Shown: positions 37,818 through 50,346, counted from the first letter of the stretch. The stretch: 63,610 bases of DNA from Octopus bimaculoides (GCF_001194135.2 NC_069001.1:3849784-3913393); one strand, 5' to 3'. Notes: generated from the sequence alone by a model not told the origin. Numbers and translations: made by a program.

Positions 37818-38640
37818 GACAACAACAAATAACAATAACAACAACAACAACGGTTTCAGATTTTAGTACAAGGCCAGCAATTTCGGGGGGGGGGGGGTTA
37901 GTCGATTACATTGACCCCATTGTTCAACTGGTACTTACCATATCAACCCCTAAAGGAGGAGAAGCAAAGTCGACCCCAGCAACATTTGGACTCAGAACAC
38001 AAAGACGGGTGATGATAGTGGTGGTGGTGATGGTGGTGATGGTAAAAGTGGTGGTGGTGGTGATGACAGTGGTAATGATGATGATGATAATGTGGTGGTA
38101 GTGATATTGGTGGTGGTGGTGATGATGATGATAGTAGTGGTGATGACAGCATTATCAAAAAAATTCTATAAACAGAAGATGCTGAGAAAACCCACAGACA
38201 CTTCGAATTAATTAACTTTATATAATTAGGAGATCTCCTTCAGTTCCAACAAAATCTTTCCCCAGTTGGTCCCATGCATTCAAACCCCCTCAGACCTGAG
38301 AGAGAGCAGACAGGGAGATGTTTATATACAACAATGTTACTTTAGAACAAACCCAGAAAAATTACACCTTATATGGAACTAAAACATTTAGTTGGAGTGA
38401 GTACAGGAATGGTTATGCAGTTAAGAAGTTTGNNNNNNNNNNNNNNNNNNNNNNNNNNNNNNNNNNNNNNNNNNNNNNNNNNNNNNNNNNNNNNNNNNNN
38501 NNNNNNNNNNNNNNNNNNNNNNNNNNNNNNNNNNNNNNNNNNNNNNNNNNNNNNNNNNNNNNNNNNNNNNNNNNNNNNNTATATATATATATATCGTGGC
38601 TCTTTGTTGGTTGTGACAATGATGGTTCCAGTTGATCAGT

Positions 38641-39160
38641 TTAACTCTTTAGCATTTAAACCAGCCATATCTAGCCCAAAATACTTTATGCGTTTTATGT
38701 TTAAACTGGCCAGATCTCGCCTCTCACACCTATCCTATAATATCAATCAAAACTTAAACATTCACATCATTGAAATCTGAAAGCCACCAGATGATGTATG
38801 AGGTAGTGAGTTTGATTCCAGGATCAGGCTGTGTGTTGTGTTCTTGAGCAAGACACTTTATCTCACGTTGCTCCAGTTCAATCAACTGTAGAAACGAGTT
38901 GTGATGTCACTGGTACCAAACTGTATCAGCCCCTTTGTCTTTCCACTGGATAACATCAGTGGCATGGAGAGAGGAGGCTGGTATGCATGGGCGACTGCTG
39001 GTCTTCCATAAAACAACCTTGCCCGGACTTGTGCCTCAGAGGGTAACTTTCTAGGTACAAACCTCGTGGTCATTCATTACCGAAGGGGGTCTTTACCCTA
39101 ATTCAAATCAATGTGAATGACTATGTGTTACATTTGACAGTCTGAATGCTAAGGGGTTAA
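38641..39160 (+). mobile_element. TTAA MITE family 1 interrupted by a family C SINE (38797-39099)
   Basis: ttaactctt(t)agcatttaaac left end and gaatgctaaggggttaa right end; the MITE resumes at aattcaaatcaatgtg after the SINE. Confidence 0.82.
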
Positions 39161-39539
39161 ACGTATGTATTTCTGACAATGGTTCTAAAATTAATGAAGC
39201 CCAAACAAAATCGAACTGACTTCGCAAGTGAAAAAAATATGAAACTCACACGGTTTGCTGTCCTACTGACCTGTTGACCAAACAAGAACAAGCAGGTAAT
39301 CTGAGATTAGCTGTACGTACATACATACTTATGCAACATCAGAAATGGCATGGTCAATGACCAGTGGTAAGATCATATAATATACATAAGCAACAAAATC
39401 TTAATGACTTCCAGCAAGTGGATCTAATAATTCTACGTAAACGAAGCTAGCTATAAATCTTGAGAAATCTGGTATCATGTTGAGTAACACAGCAACACGA
39501 AATGTTAATAATGAGAGATTTAGAGGGCAGGAGTGGATG

Positions 39540-40290
39540 GCTGAAATCCTCTCCCATTCCTTTCTCTCTTGAAAAATAACAACAACAGCAACCTCACCTA
39601 ATCTGATAGAAATAATAGCTGAATCTTCATCAAATTATATTCTTCAGTTTTAATAAAAACTAAAAAATGGAAGGGTAAATATCAGATAATGTAGTTCTAG
39701 ATATAACCACCTCCACATCCAAAAGGATGGGATGGTCATGGCTGAAATGCCTTTAAACATAGATATGTTTGATTAAGGCTGACCTGATGCTAACCACCAT
39801 CACCACCCTCAATAATAACAACAAAAGGTTGAGCCAGTGTAAGAGCCTCTACATGGTCAGTCACCTTGCTAGAAATAGCAGTCAAATCTCACTCAAATCA
39901 CACCCTGCCATCTTAAAGGGACACATTTGATAATGTGGTCCTCAGTTCCTAGTACATGGGAAAAAAGATGTGATAGTCATGGCTGGAACGCTTTTGATTA
40001 TAGGTTTCTTTGATCAGGATTGACCTGAGGCTGAACAACAACAAAAGATAACATGAGAAAGTGTCTATGAGGCCGTTCGGTTTGCTAGAAATAGCAGCCA
40101 AATCAAATCCTATATGCTTGAAACTCCCCCCACCACCAAAACATCAAAAAATACCTTTAAAAAAAGTATGGGATGAATTGAATAAAAGGGACACATCAAT
40201 ATCCTAAATGGCAGCAGGGATAGTTTTCTTTTTTTTGATAAGATCTGCTCAAAGTTGACCCAGGAGGGGAATAACTAAACATCAGCAACA
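39540..40290 (+). mobile_element. Three head-to-tail copies of repeat family E (SINE-like, (AAC)n tail)
   Basis: gctagaaatagcag(c/t)caaatc..gggacacat..gggatggtcatggctggaatgcctt..gacct(g)gggctaaacaacaac pattern at about 39540, 39830 and 40060; fragments also near 1575, 25310, 30720, 31040, 44690 and 46450. Confidence 0.7.
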
Positions 40291-40458
40291 AAAGCAAATT
40301 AAAACAATAAGAGAAAAGCCACAACAATATATAAAAAAAAAAACTTACATGTAGGAGAAATAACAAGTAATAACGAGTAGTTTGAGCTTGTTTGTGTTGA
40401 GTGTGAATGTTGAGTGTAAGTGTTGAGTGTGAGTGTTTCCTCTTTTTTTTTTTTAAAG

Positions 40459-40489
40459 ATCCAATGATATAATGGACGTAGCTAAGTAG
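40459..40489 (+). other. Candidate 31-nt microexon with stop codons in all frames
   Basis: ttcctc(t)12aaag|ATCCAATGATATAATGGACGTAGCTAAGTAG|gtaagt. Confidence 0.4.
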
Positions 40490-41435
40490 GTAAGTGGTTT
40501 AAAAAGACCTCTTGGAATTATTTCTACAAGAAAGATGTTATCCACAGTGATAGCGTCATAGCCATCTTGTCAGTATATTTTTCCAGTGGCAAACAACAAT
40601 GACAATCGGTAAAACAATCGGAATTTTGGTGATTATCATTATTATTATTATTATATCTATTGTTATTGATGTTGTTGCTTTTTACTTTTTATTTGTGAAG
40701 TCAAGCCAACATCATCTACTGATATGAAAATAGTGGCTATTGGATATAACTTATAAGAATTCCTATCACCCTACCCATATACGCACGTGTCTCTGTATAT
40801 ATATATATATGTATATATATATATACACACATACACATGTTTGTATGTTTGTGTGTGTATGTGTATAGACATATATATATATATATACATATATATATGT
40901 ATGCTTGCATGTATGTGTATATGCCTATATGTACACACTTTTGGATATTTGTTTGCGTGTATGTTATATGTGTATGTGTGAATGGTTGTACATGTTTTTG
41001 TGTGTATGCAAGTGCGTTGTGTATGTCCACAATAAGCAGCTAATTGCACAGGAAATGAAGCCAAAAGATGAAGAAGTCACAGACTGATCCAAGAATCTCC
41101 TAAGATATCGAATAACACGTTCAATAGTGTGGTTGTTGTTGTTGATGTTTTCATATCAACATAGCAGCATATTAAACCATGGAATATCAAATGGTATCAG
41201 TAAAAGCCTTGTGATAAACCATCAAAGCTAAAAGGATATCATATCCATCATAGATTTTACGGTACTTTCATCAGTTATTTGTTAAAGAATGTTAACCAAA
41301 ATGTGCTTACCGTACAGAAAGATAATTCATTAAATCACTGAGAGCATGTGTGTGTGTTACACTTGAAATCTGAAGAAAATGCAACAGCATATACCCTATT
41401 ATATAGTGATTCCAGCAAGTATGGTGAAGATAAAG

Positions 41436-41473
41436 CTTGGCTGATGAGGTCACAGACTGAAATTTGTCTGAAG
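41436..41473 (+). ncRNA. Minimal type-I hammerhead-like motif (Penelope-type), partly degenerate
   Basis: cttgg-CTGATGA-GGTC-aca-GACT-GAAA-t-tt-GTC-tgaag: core intact, 4-bp stem II, 2-bp stem III, GUC cleavage triplet, imperfect stem I. Confidence 0.55.
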
Positions 41474-41951
41474 TTGTCTCCCTTGTATTTGCCAGAAACA
41501 CAAGAATATGTAAAAAGCATCTGTGCTGGTGCCATGTGGAGGACACCCATGCTGGTGTTACATAAAGAGCACTTATGCTGGCACCATGTAAAAAAGCACC
41601 CAGCACACGCTGTAAAGTAGTTGGTATTAAGAAGGGTGGCTAGCTGTAGAAACCAAGCCAAAATAGATGACTGGTGCTTGGTACAACACTCAAGCTCACC
41701 AGCTGAGTGTCAAACTATCCAACCCATGCCAGCATGGAAAACGGATAGGATGGTACTGTAGGCTGCAGGCAGCAAGCCCACTAAACCTGCAAGACTCTAG
41801 GAATTCCAACAAAACCCATGCCCGCGTCACGTAAAGTGCACATAAAAAAAGCACTCAATACACTCTATAAAGTGGTTGGCATTTGGAAGGGCATCCAACT
41901 ATAGAAGCCAAGCCAAAACAGATGACTGGAGCCTGGTACAGTCCTCTATCT

Positions 41952-42138
41952 CACTGCTCCGCAACCTTTTTCCACTTTTGGTACATTTATATTTTTTTCA
42001 AAATTTGGTGGTACACCTGAACTAAAAATACAACTAAAAGTATAGAAGAAAAAAATTATATTCAGGTTACACTGTGGCACACCTAGCATGGTCTCATGGC
42101 ACACCAGTGTGCCACGGAATACTGGTTGTGGAGCACCA
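41952..42138 (+). mobile_element. hAT-type MITE inserted in a family D element
   Basis: Perfect 8-bp TSD ctctatct (41944-41951 and 42139-42146); inverted ends tgctccgcaacc and ggttgtggagca. Confidence 0.82.
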
Positions 42139-42549
42139 CTCTATCTTACCAGCTCCTGTCAAGCCATGCAACCCACGCAGGGCCAACCCCTCCCCTCGGA
42201 CAAAAACTGATGATGATGGTGATGATGATAATTAATATGGCATATTTCTCTTCTCACGTATTTATTTCAAGGTAGTTTTTAATGCTATATGTATAAGATA
42301 TGTCTGCACAACTTAGTCTATCTGCCTGTCTCACCACACAATTATTTCTAGCTCACTTTTAATGCTTTATGTATTAAATAACACAAGCTTAATTATCTGT
42401 CTGTTTCTCAGTTGATCTGTCTGTCTACCTATCTATCCATTAATCTGTCTATTTGTCTGTCTACCTGTTTCTCTTATCATATTTTATTTACTTAACTTGT
42501 TAATGTTCTGTGCCAATGTTTTCCAAAATGGGTACCACATAAAACTTTG

Positions 42550-43037
42550 GACGTTCTATAAGATAAGGTGCCTTTAAATAAATTGAATAAAAAATTAATT
42601 TCTATAAAACAGAGGAATTAACCAGAAATCCGAATAGAGTGTCCAGTGGAACTGTTACAAACGGATTGATTATTTGGCATGGCCAGAATAATCAGGAAAG
42701 TATTAGATAGTTAAAAAGAACAAATAGCATGGTACCACAAGCTGCAGGGAGCCAGCCTGCTACACTTGTAAGACTCCAGGAGTTGGGGAGTATCATAGCC
42801 TTGTGTTGAGAGGAATTCTTTGGGGTTTGAATAATTCACCTCTGGAAACATGGGTGTTTCGTTCATCATCCTTAAACAGACCTTATTTAGGGACCTATTG
42901 AGTCTGATGGGCTACTCAACCTGAAGGAAATTCTAACTGGGCCCCACCTGCAAGGTCATGTGCTATTAATCTTGAGATAAGGTCACCATGTCATGCACAT
43001 GTGGATGTGATGCATGTGCCTGGTGTACCCTTATCAT
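42550..43037 (+). mobile_element. Second R4/Dong-like LINE 3' end with 3' UTR
   Basis: GAF..TEELTRNPN..VELLQT.*LFGMARIIRKVLDS* (stop 42712-42714), followed by about 320 bp of putative UTR. Confidence 0.7.
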
Positions 43038-43040
43038 TAT

Positions 43041-43418
43041 GGGGATGTAAATGGGAGAAAGAAGATGATGTGTGCTGAGCTGGTGAGGTTATGGTTGAAG
43101 CAATGAGTGACAAGTAAAGTGCAGGGGATTTGCAGGTCAGCCCCAGCGTAAAGCCTACAACATGCTGGACATGACAAAGGGGGCTAGTAAGCAGAAGGCC
43201 ACCAAATTAGCTATTGAGGTAGTAAAGACTGTCTCAATTTGGCTGTGGTGGGTCAAGAGGTGTAAGACCTGAAAGAGTAAAGCTAACTGGACACAAACCA
43301 GGACTTGATCAAACCTGTTGGGTCAACAGGGTGAGGTTGTCTGATTGCCGAAAGGCCTGAAATACCTCACAACCCTTGGAAATATCACTGATGATGTGTC
43401 CAGGTGCATCAAAGGATG
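43041..43418 (+). mobile_element. Hero-clade RLE LINE 3' end
   Basis: NGRKK..AELV, CRGFAGQPQRKAYNML..ATKLAIEVV..IWLWWVKR; UTR ..atcactgatgatgtgtccaggtgcatc, matching recalled HERO termini. Confidence 0.78.
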
Positions 43419-44053
43419 AACAACTAGTTTAGTGTTTATTATCATCATCATCATCATCATTGATGGTGGCAAGCTGACAGAATCATTAGCCTGCTGAATG
43501 AAATACTTAGCGGTATTTCGCCTGTCTTTATGTTCTGAGTTCAAATTCCGTTGAGGTTAACTTTGCCTTTCATCCTTTCAGGGTCGATAAATTAAGTACC
43601 AGTTGTGTACTGGGGTTGATGTAATCAACTTATGCCCTCAGCCAAAATAGCTGGCCTTGTACCAAAATTTGAAATCATCATCATCATTATCATTTTAATG
43701 TCCACATTTCCGTGCTTGTATGGGGTTTACTGAAACACATTGTCTATGGTTGGGTGCCCTTCCTGTGGCCAACCCTCACCCGTTTCCAAACAAGGTCATA
43801 TTTCCCCACAGCCAGAAATGTTTACATAGAATACTGGAAATGAATGACACCCATTCACCACTACCATGCAAAGTCAAGGCAAGGAGAACACAAATATATA
43901 TATACATACATATACAGCAGGCTTCTATTTAGTTTCCATCAACCAAATCCATTCACAAGACTTTAGTCAGCCTCAAGTTATAATTAACGATTATATCAAA
44001 TAGTAAATAGTCAGGTGGTAGTGGTAGTATTGCTAGTATTTATCGTAGTATTG

Positions 44054-44113
<60 letters not shown>

Positions 44114-44564
44114 ACAGTAGTAACAGCAGCAGCAGCCACGATCTTACATGCTAACAGACACTGATATGATGTATATAAAATAAATGTGTGTGCACATCAA
44201 TGTGTGTGTGTGTAGTGTGCATATTCGTGTATATGAATGCGTGAGCACATACACACACACACACACACACACAGATGTTTCTGCATATATGAACGTGGGT
44301 GACAGCAGCCAGGATCTAAGACCTTCAGGAAGATGTAGAAGGCACCGCAGTCATGCACAAAGGGTTCATTGTACCAAAGCTGAAATGTTTGACTGGTTGA
44401 TTGTTGAAGTGAACTGGGCTACGGTGACGTATAATAACAGGAAATATCTAATGTTCGTCCACCAAACAGAATCCTCAAAGATATCACAGATCGAGGGACA
44501 GGACATCCTAGTATCACTCAACAACACCAACACATCCTCTTTCTCTTTCTTTCACATGCACACA

Positions 44565-44565
<1 letters not shown>

Positions 44566-44643
<78 letters not shown>
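44566..44643. repeat. (CA)n microsatellite
   Basis: About 38 units. Confidence 0.98.
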
Positions 44644-44648
<5 letters not shown>

Positions 44649-45770
44649 TGCAATCTGAACCAGGAAGGTAGTTTCTATATGGCTGATTGCTCAGTCCTGT
44701 GAGAAAATAGGTATCCAAATCACACCCCATCCTTCTATAAAAGAAAAAGAAAAAAAAGACATACAGTCCTAGATAGATCTATCATCATCATCGTTTAATG
44801 TCTGCCTTCCATGCTGGCATGGGTTGAACGGTTTGTCAAGAGCTGGCCAGGCAGTGAGCCTGCACAAAGCTTCTCTTTTGGCAGGGTTTTTAAAAGCAAC
44901 TATACAGCAGAGTGGCTAGAGTGCTTTTTATGTGGCACAAGCACAGGCAAGGGCAGTTTTGGCATGGTTTTTACAGCTGGATGCCCTTCCAAACACCAAC
45001 CACTTTACAGTGTGGACTCGATGCTTTCTACGTGGCATCAACACGACAAATGACAATAAAGGAGCTAATAAAAAGAAATAAAATGAGATGGTAATAAAAT
45101 AACTGATAAGAATGAAGGAAGCTGCCAACATTAGACTGAATTTAAACAGATCAAGATCACATTCATTTTGTTTCATTCTGATTTAAACTTCTAGCATTTA
45201 AACCAGCCAATACCAGGCCCAAATATTCTATCTGCTTTATGTTCAAACTGGTCAGATTAAACCTCTCACACATACCCTACAATGTCATTCTAAAAATAAA
45301 CAATCACATCATCAAAATTTCAAAGCTACAAGATAATGTACGATTGGCTCCTGTGCAGGTGACACGTAAAAAGCACCATTTGAGCATGGTTGATGCCAGT
45401 ACTGCCTGATTGGCCCTCGTGCCGGTGGCACATAAAAGCACCAACTACACTCTTGGAGTGGTTGGCATTAGAAAGGGCATCCAGCTGTAGAAACTTTGCC
45501 AGATCAGATTGGAGCCTCACATCACTAATCTATATATATATATATATATATATAGTATCCTAAGAGCTGATCGTTTTTTTGGTATCGTAATACCAGTAAT
45601 ATACTGTCATAATAACTATAGTCACTATATAGGGGCTGAGACATTGACCTGTAGTATTTGGCTCTGTTCCTAGTAAAAAAGATTATACATCAATACATAC
45701 CTACATCCATATCATATATACATACACACACACATACATATATCATGTATGTATGCTTGTATCTATATGT

Positions 45771-45801
<31 letters not shown>

Positions 45802-46352
45802 TGAGCTGATCTGATCTAGGTAACAGTTGATGCAGTTCATTAACAAAATGTCAGCAGTGCCAAAATATCTGGCCAACAAAAGAATTCTATAAAGAAGGGA
45901 ATTAAATACGAGTCAATAAGAAATGTGGTTGTTGTTGTTGTTGTTGTTGTTGTGGTGGTGGTTGTGATGTTTGTTTTCTGAAGAACTATTGTTTTGGTCT
46001 CTTTGGTGGAGCTGTTGTCGTCATCGTCGTCGTTTTTATTTATTGTACCAATGTTCAACAGAATAGCTTCATTAACTGCCCACACCACACACCAATACTC
46101 TACCTTCATCAACTGCACAATTTGTGATATTTCGTTATTTGGTGGTGGTGTTGGCGGTGGCGGTGGCGGTGGCGTGGAAAAAAAAAATTGAAAAGAAAAT
46201 TCCTTCATGTCCTACATTCAAAACACACACACATGCATATATATTCCTGCACATGCCAACTATATTTACATACATGCATACAGACATGCATACATGCATC
46301 AGTATTCTTTTATTTTGAATATGTGTTTTTGTTGTGTGTGTATGTATGTATG

Positions 46353-46388
<36 letters not shown>

Positions 46389-46549
46389 CAAATTTTGGGC
46401 ACTTGCATTTTATCTCTAACTTTTCAGTGAATGCGTAACTGACAACGACTATGTTTGAGAAATAACAGTCAAATCTCCCTCAAATCACATCTTAGCATCA
46501 CAGACTGGTTCCTATTATATATTTATTGGTGATAGACATAGGCATGGCT

Positions 46550-46928
46550 AGATGCAGGTATGGCTGTGTGGTAAGTAGTTTACTTCCCATCCAAATGGTT
46601 TCAGGTTCAATCCTGCTGTGTGGCACCTTGGACAATAGTCTTCTACTTTAGCCTCGAGCCAACGATTGCCTTGTGAGTGGATTAGGGAGACGGAAACTGA
46701 AAGAAGCCTGTTGTGTGTATTTGTGTGTGTGTTTGTATCCTACCACCGCTTGACAACAGGTGCTGGTGTGTTTACATCCATGTAACTTAGTAGTTTGGCA
46801 AAAGCGACCGATGGAATGAGTACCAGACTTAAAAAGAATAAGTACTAGAGTCGATTCTTTTGACTAAAATTCTTTAAGGTGATGCTCCAGCATGGCCGCA
46901 GTCTAATGACTGAAACAAGATAAAAAGA
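46550..46928 (+). mobile_element. SINE family A, full length
   Basis: gcaggtatggctgtgtggtaag head through gactgaaacaagataaaaaga tail. Confidence 0.9.
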
Positions 46929-47479
46929 TATGCCTGGTTATTACCCTGTGCCCTACTCTATTATTACGATGGACAACCAGTGCCATCAGCATTCCCACCA
47001 TACCACCACCACAACCACTATCGCCAGGGGCCGCAGAATCCCCCCTCTCTTGCCTCTAAGCATATGACCATCACTACAAGAACCACCATTAACCCTACCT
47101 GTATCAGCAGCAGCACCACCACCACCACCGCCACCACCAAAAAAAAAAAAAAAAATTACATGCCTCTGTTTTTACCCAGTTTGTTTGCTAGATTGATTGA
47201 CTGGACGTTGTCCTCCATTCTGAAATATCTCAAGAGAAAACTGAAGATAAAAAGTAAATAATTGCTTAAAATAGAGCAATAATAGGAGTAAAACTGTTGA
47301 TGTTTTATCAAGTTATTTGTACATTAAACATGTACATGTTCCAGCTTTATTCAATGTAACATAAGTCAGACCAGCTATGGATCACACACACAAAACGAAA
47401 TGCAAATGTTGTTATGTACGTAAGTACACTGGTGCATAGCAACACAATTCCTTCCAGATATTGCTTGCTGTAATAATCC

Positions 47480-47880
47480 TTTCTTATTTTGGTACAAGAT
47501 CAGCAATTTTGAGGGGTGGAGAGGTCGATTAGAACCAATCCCAGGGCTAAACTGGTACCGAATTCATTCACTCTGATAGGATGAAAGCCAAAGTCAACCT
47601 GGGCAAAATTTGAACTCAGAACGTTAAGACAAACAAAATGCTGCTAAATATTTTGTCTGGCATGCTAACAATTCTGCCAGTTATGATAACAGTTAGAATC
47701 AGTGATCATATCAATCAATCACATCAACCCCCAGTATTTGACTGGTATCTAATTTATCGACCCCGAAAGGATGAAAAGCTAAAGCCGAACTTAGCAGAAT
47801 TTGAACTCAGAATATAGTAACAGGCAAAATATCGCTAAGCATTTCGTTTAGTGTACTAACAATTCTGCCAGCTCACCGCC

Positions 47881-47925
<45 letters not shown>

Positions 47926-48125
47926 TACTATAGACACAAGGCTTGAAATTTTGGCAGGTGGGGAGATGAGGAATAGTCAATTATATTGCCCCCGGTGCTC
48001 AACAGGTACTTATTTTCATTGACCCCGAGAGGATGATAGGCAAAGTCTACCTCAGTGGAATTTGAACTTAGAACGTAAAGATGGAAGAAATACTGCAAAG
48101 CATTTTGTCCAGATTCTGCCAGTTT
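47480..48125 (-). mobile_element. Three tandem family B SINE copies separated by (AAT)n
   Basis: ggatgaaa..caaagtc..aatttgaactcagaa..aattctgccag repeated at about 47570, 47770 and 48030. Confidence 0.8.
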
Positions 48126-48419
48126 GCTGTCTAAATAATAATAATGACGATAATTTCTTACATAATAACAGTTTCTTACATAATAATAATAATAATAATA
48201 ATGATAATAATAATAAAGTTAAATAATTCATGCCAACCTTTAATTTCCTCTGTAATTTGGAGGAAATTTGAGAAAATTTTAGCAATTATTATTGCTAAGT
48301 TCATTTGAAAAGAAGACGGAAGAACAACATATTAAAAAAATAAGACAAGAATAAACGACAAAAACAAGAAGACAGAGAAGAAGACATGATTAAGCAATAA
48401 TAGGAGTTAAGTTGTCATC

Positions 48420-48605
48420 AGAAAGGTGGTGGTATTTTGGCGCCGTCGTTTATATACGATATTAGCAGAGTTCTATATTTCAATGATGATCCTGTTGGTG
48501 CCAATTTAAGAAAAGTTCTCGAGGAACATTTCAAAAGTGGACTCCACCTTTTAAGTTGGTCAGGAGGCGGAGCGGAACATCGGGCAAAAAGTAGAGGCGG
48601 TCTGT
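48420..48605 (-). promoter_or_regulatory. Candidate core promoter: two GC boxes, TATA at -31, pyrimidine (TCT-like) initiator
   Basis: TATATAAA at 48456-48449; C+1TTTCT at 48425; GAGGCGG at about 48564 and 48594; TTTTGGCGCC (E2F-like) at 48435-48444; locally high CpG. Confidence 0.4.
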
Positions 48606-49417
48606 ATCCTGTCACTGATTCGTATCCTGTCAACTAGTTCTTTGTGGAACAGCTTGGTCTAGCTAACCATAAACAGGTACAACAGTGGGGTGAGGTGGGA
48701 AGATCAGAGTTGTAAACAGTGGGTGCACTGGGAAATTGCTGAGTGTTTCATTTAGATTCTGATGCATGATTCAATGTCCACTTCAGTTGGTTATACCTTA
48801 GTGCTTGAGAAGACATGTTGAGATCAGTAAAATTGGGGCCATACATATATACAGATATGTCTTTTATGCTGTGCCCCCAACTCCCACTGATAGCTGAGGG
48901 GTCCTTGTCTTTCAGGCACACAGGTGCTGGTGCTATGCACAAAGCACTTGTGTTGGTGTCACATAAAAAGTACCTGTGCTGGTGTCACATAAAAACACCC
49001 GTGCTGGTGTCAGGTAGAAAATTTACAAACATCACGTGATGCACAGAAATGATGTGCTTTTTTCAGTTTTTCTTTACCAAATACACTCACAATGCTCTGA
49101 TGGTCCCAAGTCTGATTGTCCCAAGTAAAAGACACTGGCCTGAGGGGTCATTGAATTGTACATTGTTGGTATACTCTAGGGTGTCATAAATCCCCCTGAT
49201 TTGGGTTCTTTTCATTTGATTATATATATACATATATATAAATAATAATATTATTAGGGATAAAAATCCAAATTTACAGGTAAAAACTCAATTAAATTCA
49301 ATTTATTAAAAATTAAAATTAAATTAAGTTTTACAGTATAAATATAAATATATAGTTTTAGGGAAAAGAACCAAGGTACATGAACTCATCGATGAAAATC
49401 CACTGTCACATATAGAA

Positions 49418-49452
<35 letters not shown>

Positions 49453-49875
49453 TTATATATATGTATGTGTGTGAAGGTAAGATCCAAGGATCAAGGTGTA
49501 GGAAGTTAGTAAACTTCAGGCAGTCTGTAGAAAGTATAAACAGGAACCATAATGGTTTACTGATGTAACAGGTTGTAAAATTTTCCCATACCGAAGTTCA
49601 ATAAACTGAAAAAATTGTTTTATAGCTTATGGTTAGCAGCTGGGATCTGTGTGTGTGTGTGAATAAAAATCCAAATTTAGGGAACAGATTATATATATAT
49701 ATAGTTGAAATTTATAGGAAAACAAAAGATGAAGACAGGTGTATGAACAACAAGCAGGTGTATTAGCTTGACGCTGGGAGGGCTGTGAAGGTTCAGTTGT
49801 TTGATCAATTGGATTACCTACACATTGAATTAGTATATAAATGGTGGAAGTATTTTCCACAGACGCATACACCCT

Positions 49876-50346
49876 TAACCTTTTCACTGCAGAAATCAGA
49901 AATCTCTAAATTTCATTACCCATAACTGCAGAATGCAGTTTTATGTACCTTTTATATATCTTTTGTTGAGGAATTTCATGTTTGAAATGATTTTCTGTAG
50001 AGATATGACAAGTTTACTGAGGCAGCATGACTTGCAGAAAATACCAATTCTATTTTTTGGTAGATATTTAAAATCCTTACTAGAATAACCATGAAATTTA
50101 ATTTTGCAGTTTAAAGAGTTGAACAAACTAACAGTGTGTGCATGGTTTGAGTTAGGAGGGGTATCTAGCCATGAAAACCCAGTCTCAAAGAACTCCTTGT
50201 TTGAATCTGTGCTGATATGAACAAACAGAAATTTATTGAGGTAACATGATTTGCAGAAAATACCAATTCTATTTTTTGGTAGATATTATTTTTAACACCA
50301 TTACTGGAATAACCGAGAAATTTAATTTTGCAGTTTAAATGGTTAA
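49876..50346. mobile_element. TTAA MITE family 3, one full and one partial copy
   Basis: Left end ttaaccttttcactgcag; right ends tgcagtttaaagagttgaa and tgcagtttaaatggttaa; a block of about 115 bp (gcagaaaataccaattctattttttggtagatatt) is duplicated at about 50010 and 50230. Confidence 0.62.

Noticed and set aside
41052-41087. Possible terminal exon EMKPKDEEVTD*
   Set aside because: Weak acceptor, 11 codons, no homology or nearby poly(A) support.
44184-44702. 172-aa plus-strand ORF
   Set aside because: Both ends are CA/TG microsatellite; the unique middle shows no recognisable domain or convincing splice pair on either strand.
48410-48421. Box C (TGATGA) of a C/D snoRNA or a hammerhead core on the minus strand
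   Set aside because: No purine before TGATGA, no box D with terminal stem, and no stem II/GAAA.
48422-48637. 71-codon plus-strand and 71-aa minus-strand ORFs as CDS
   Set aside because: No recognisable homology; open frames are expected in this locally GC-richer segment, which fits a promoter better.
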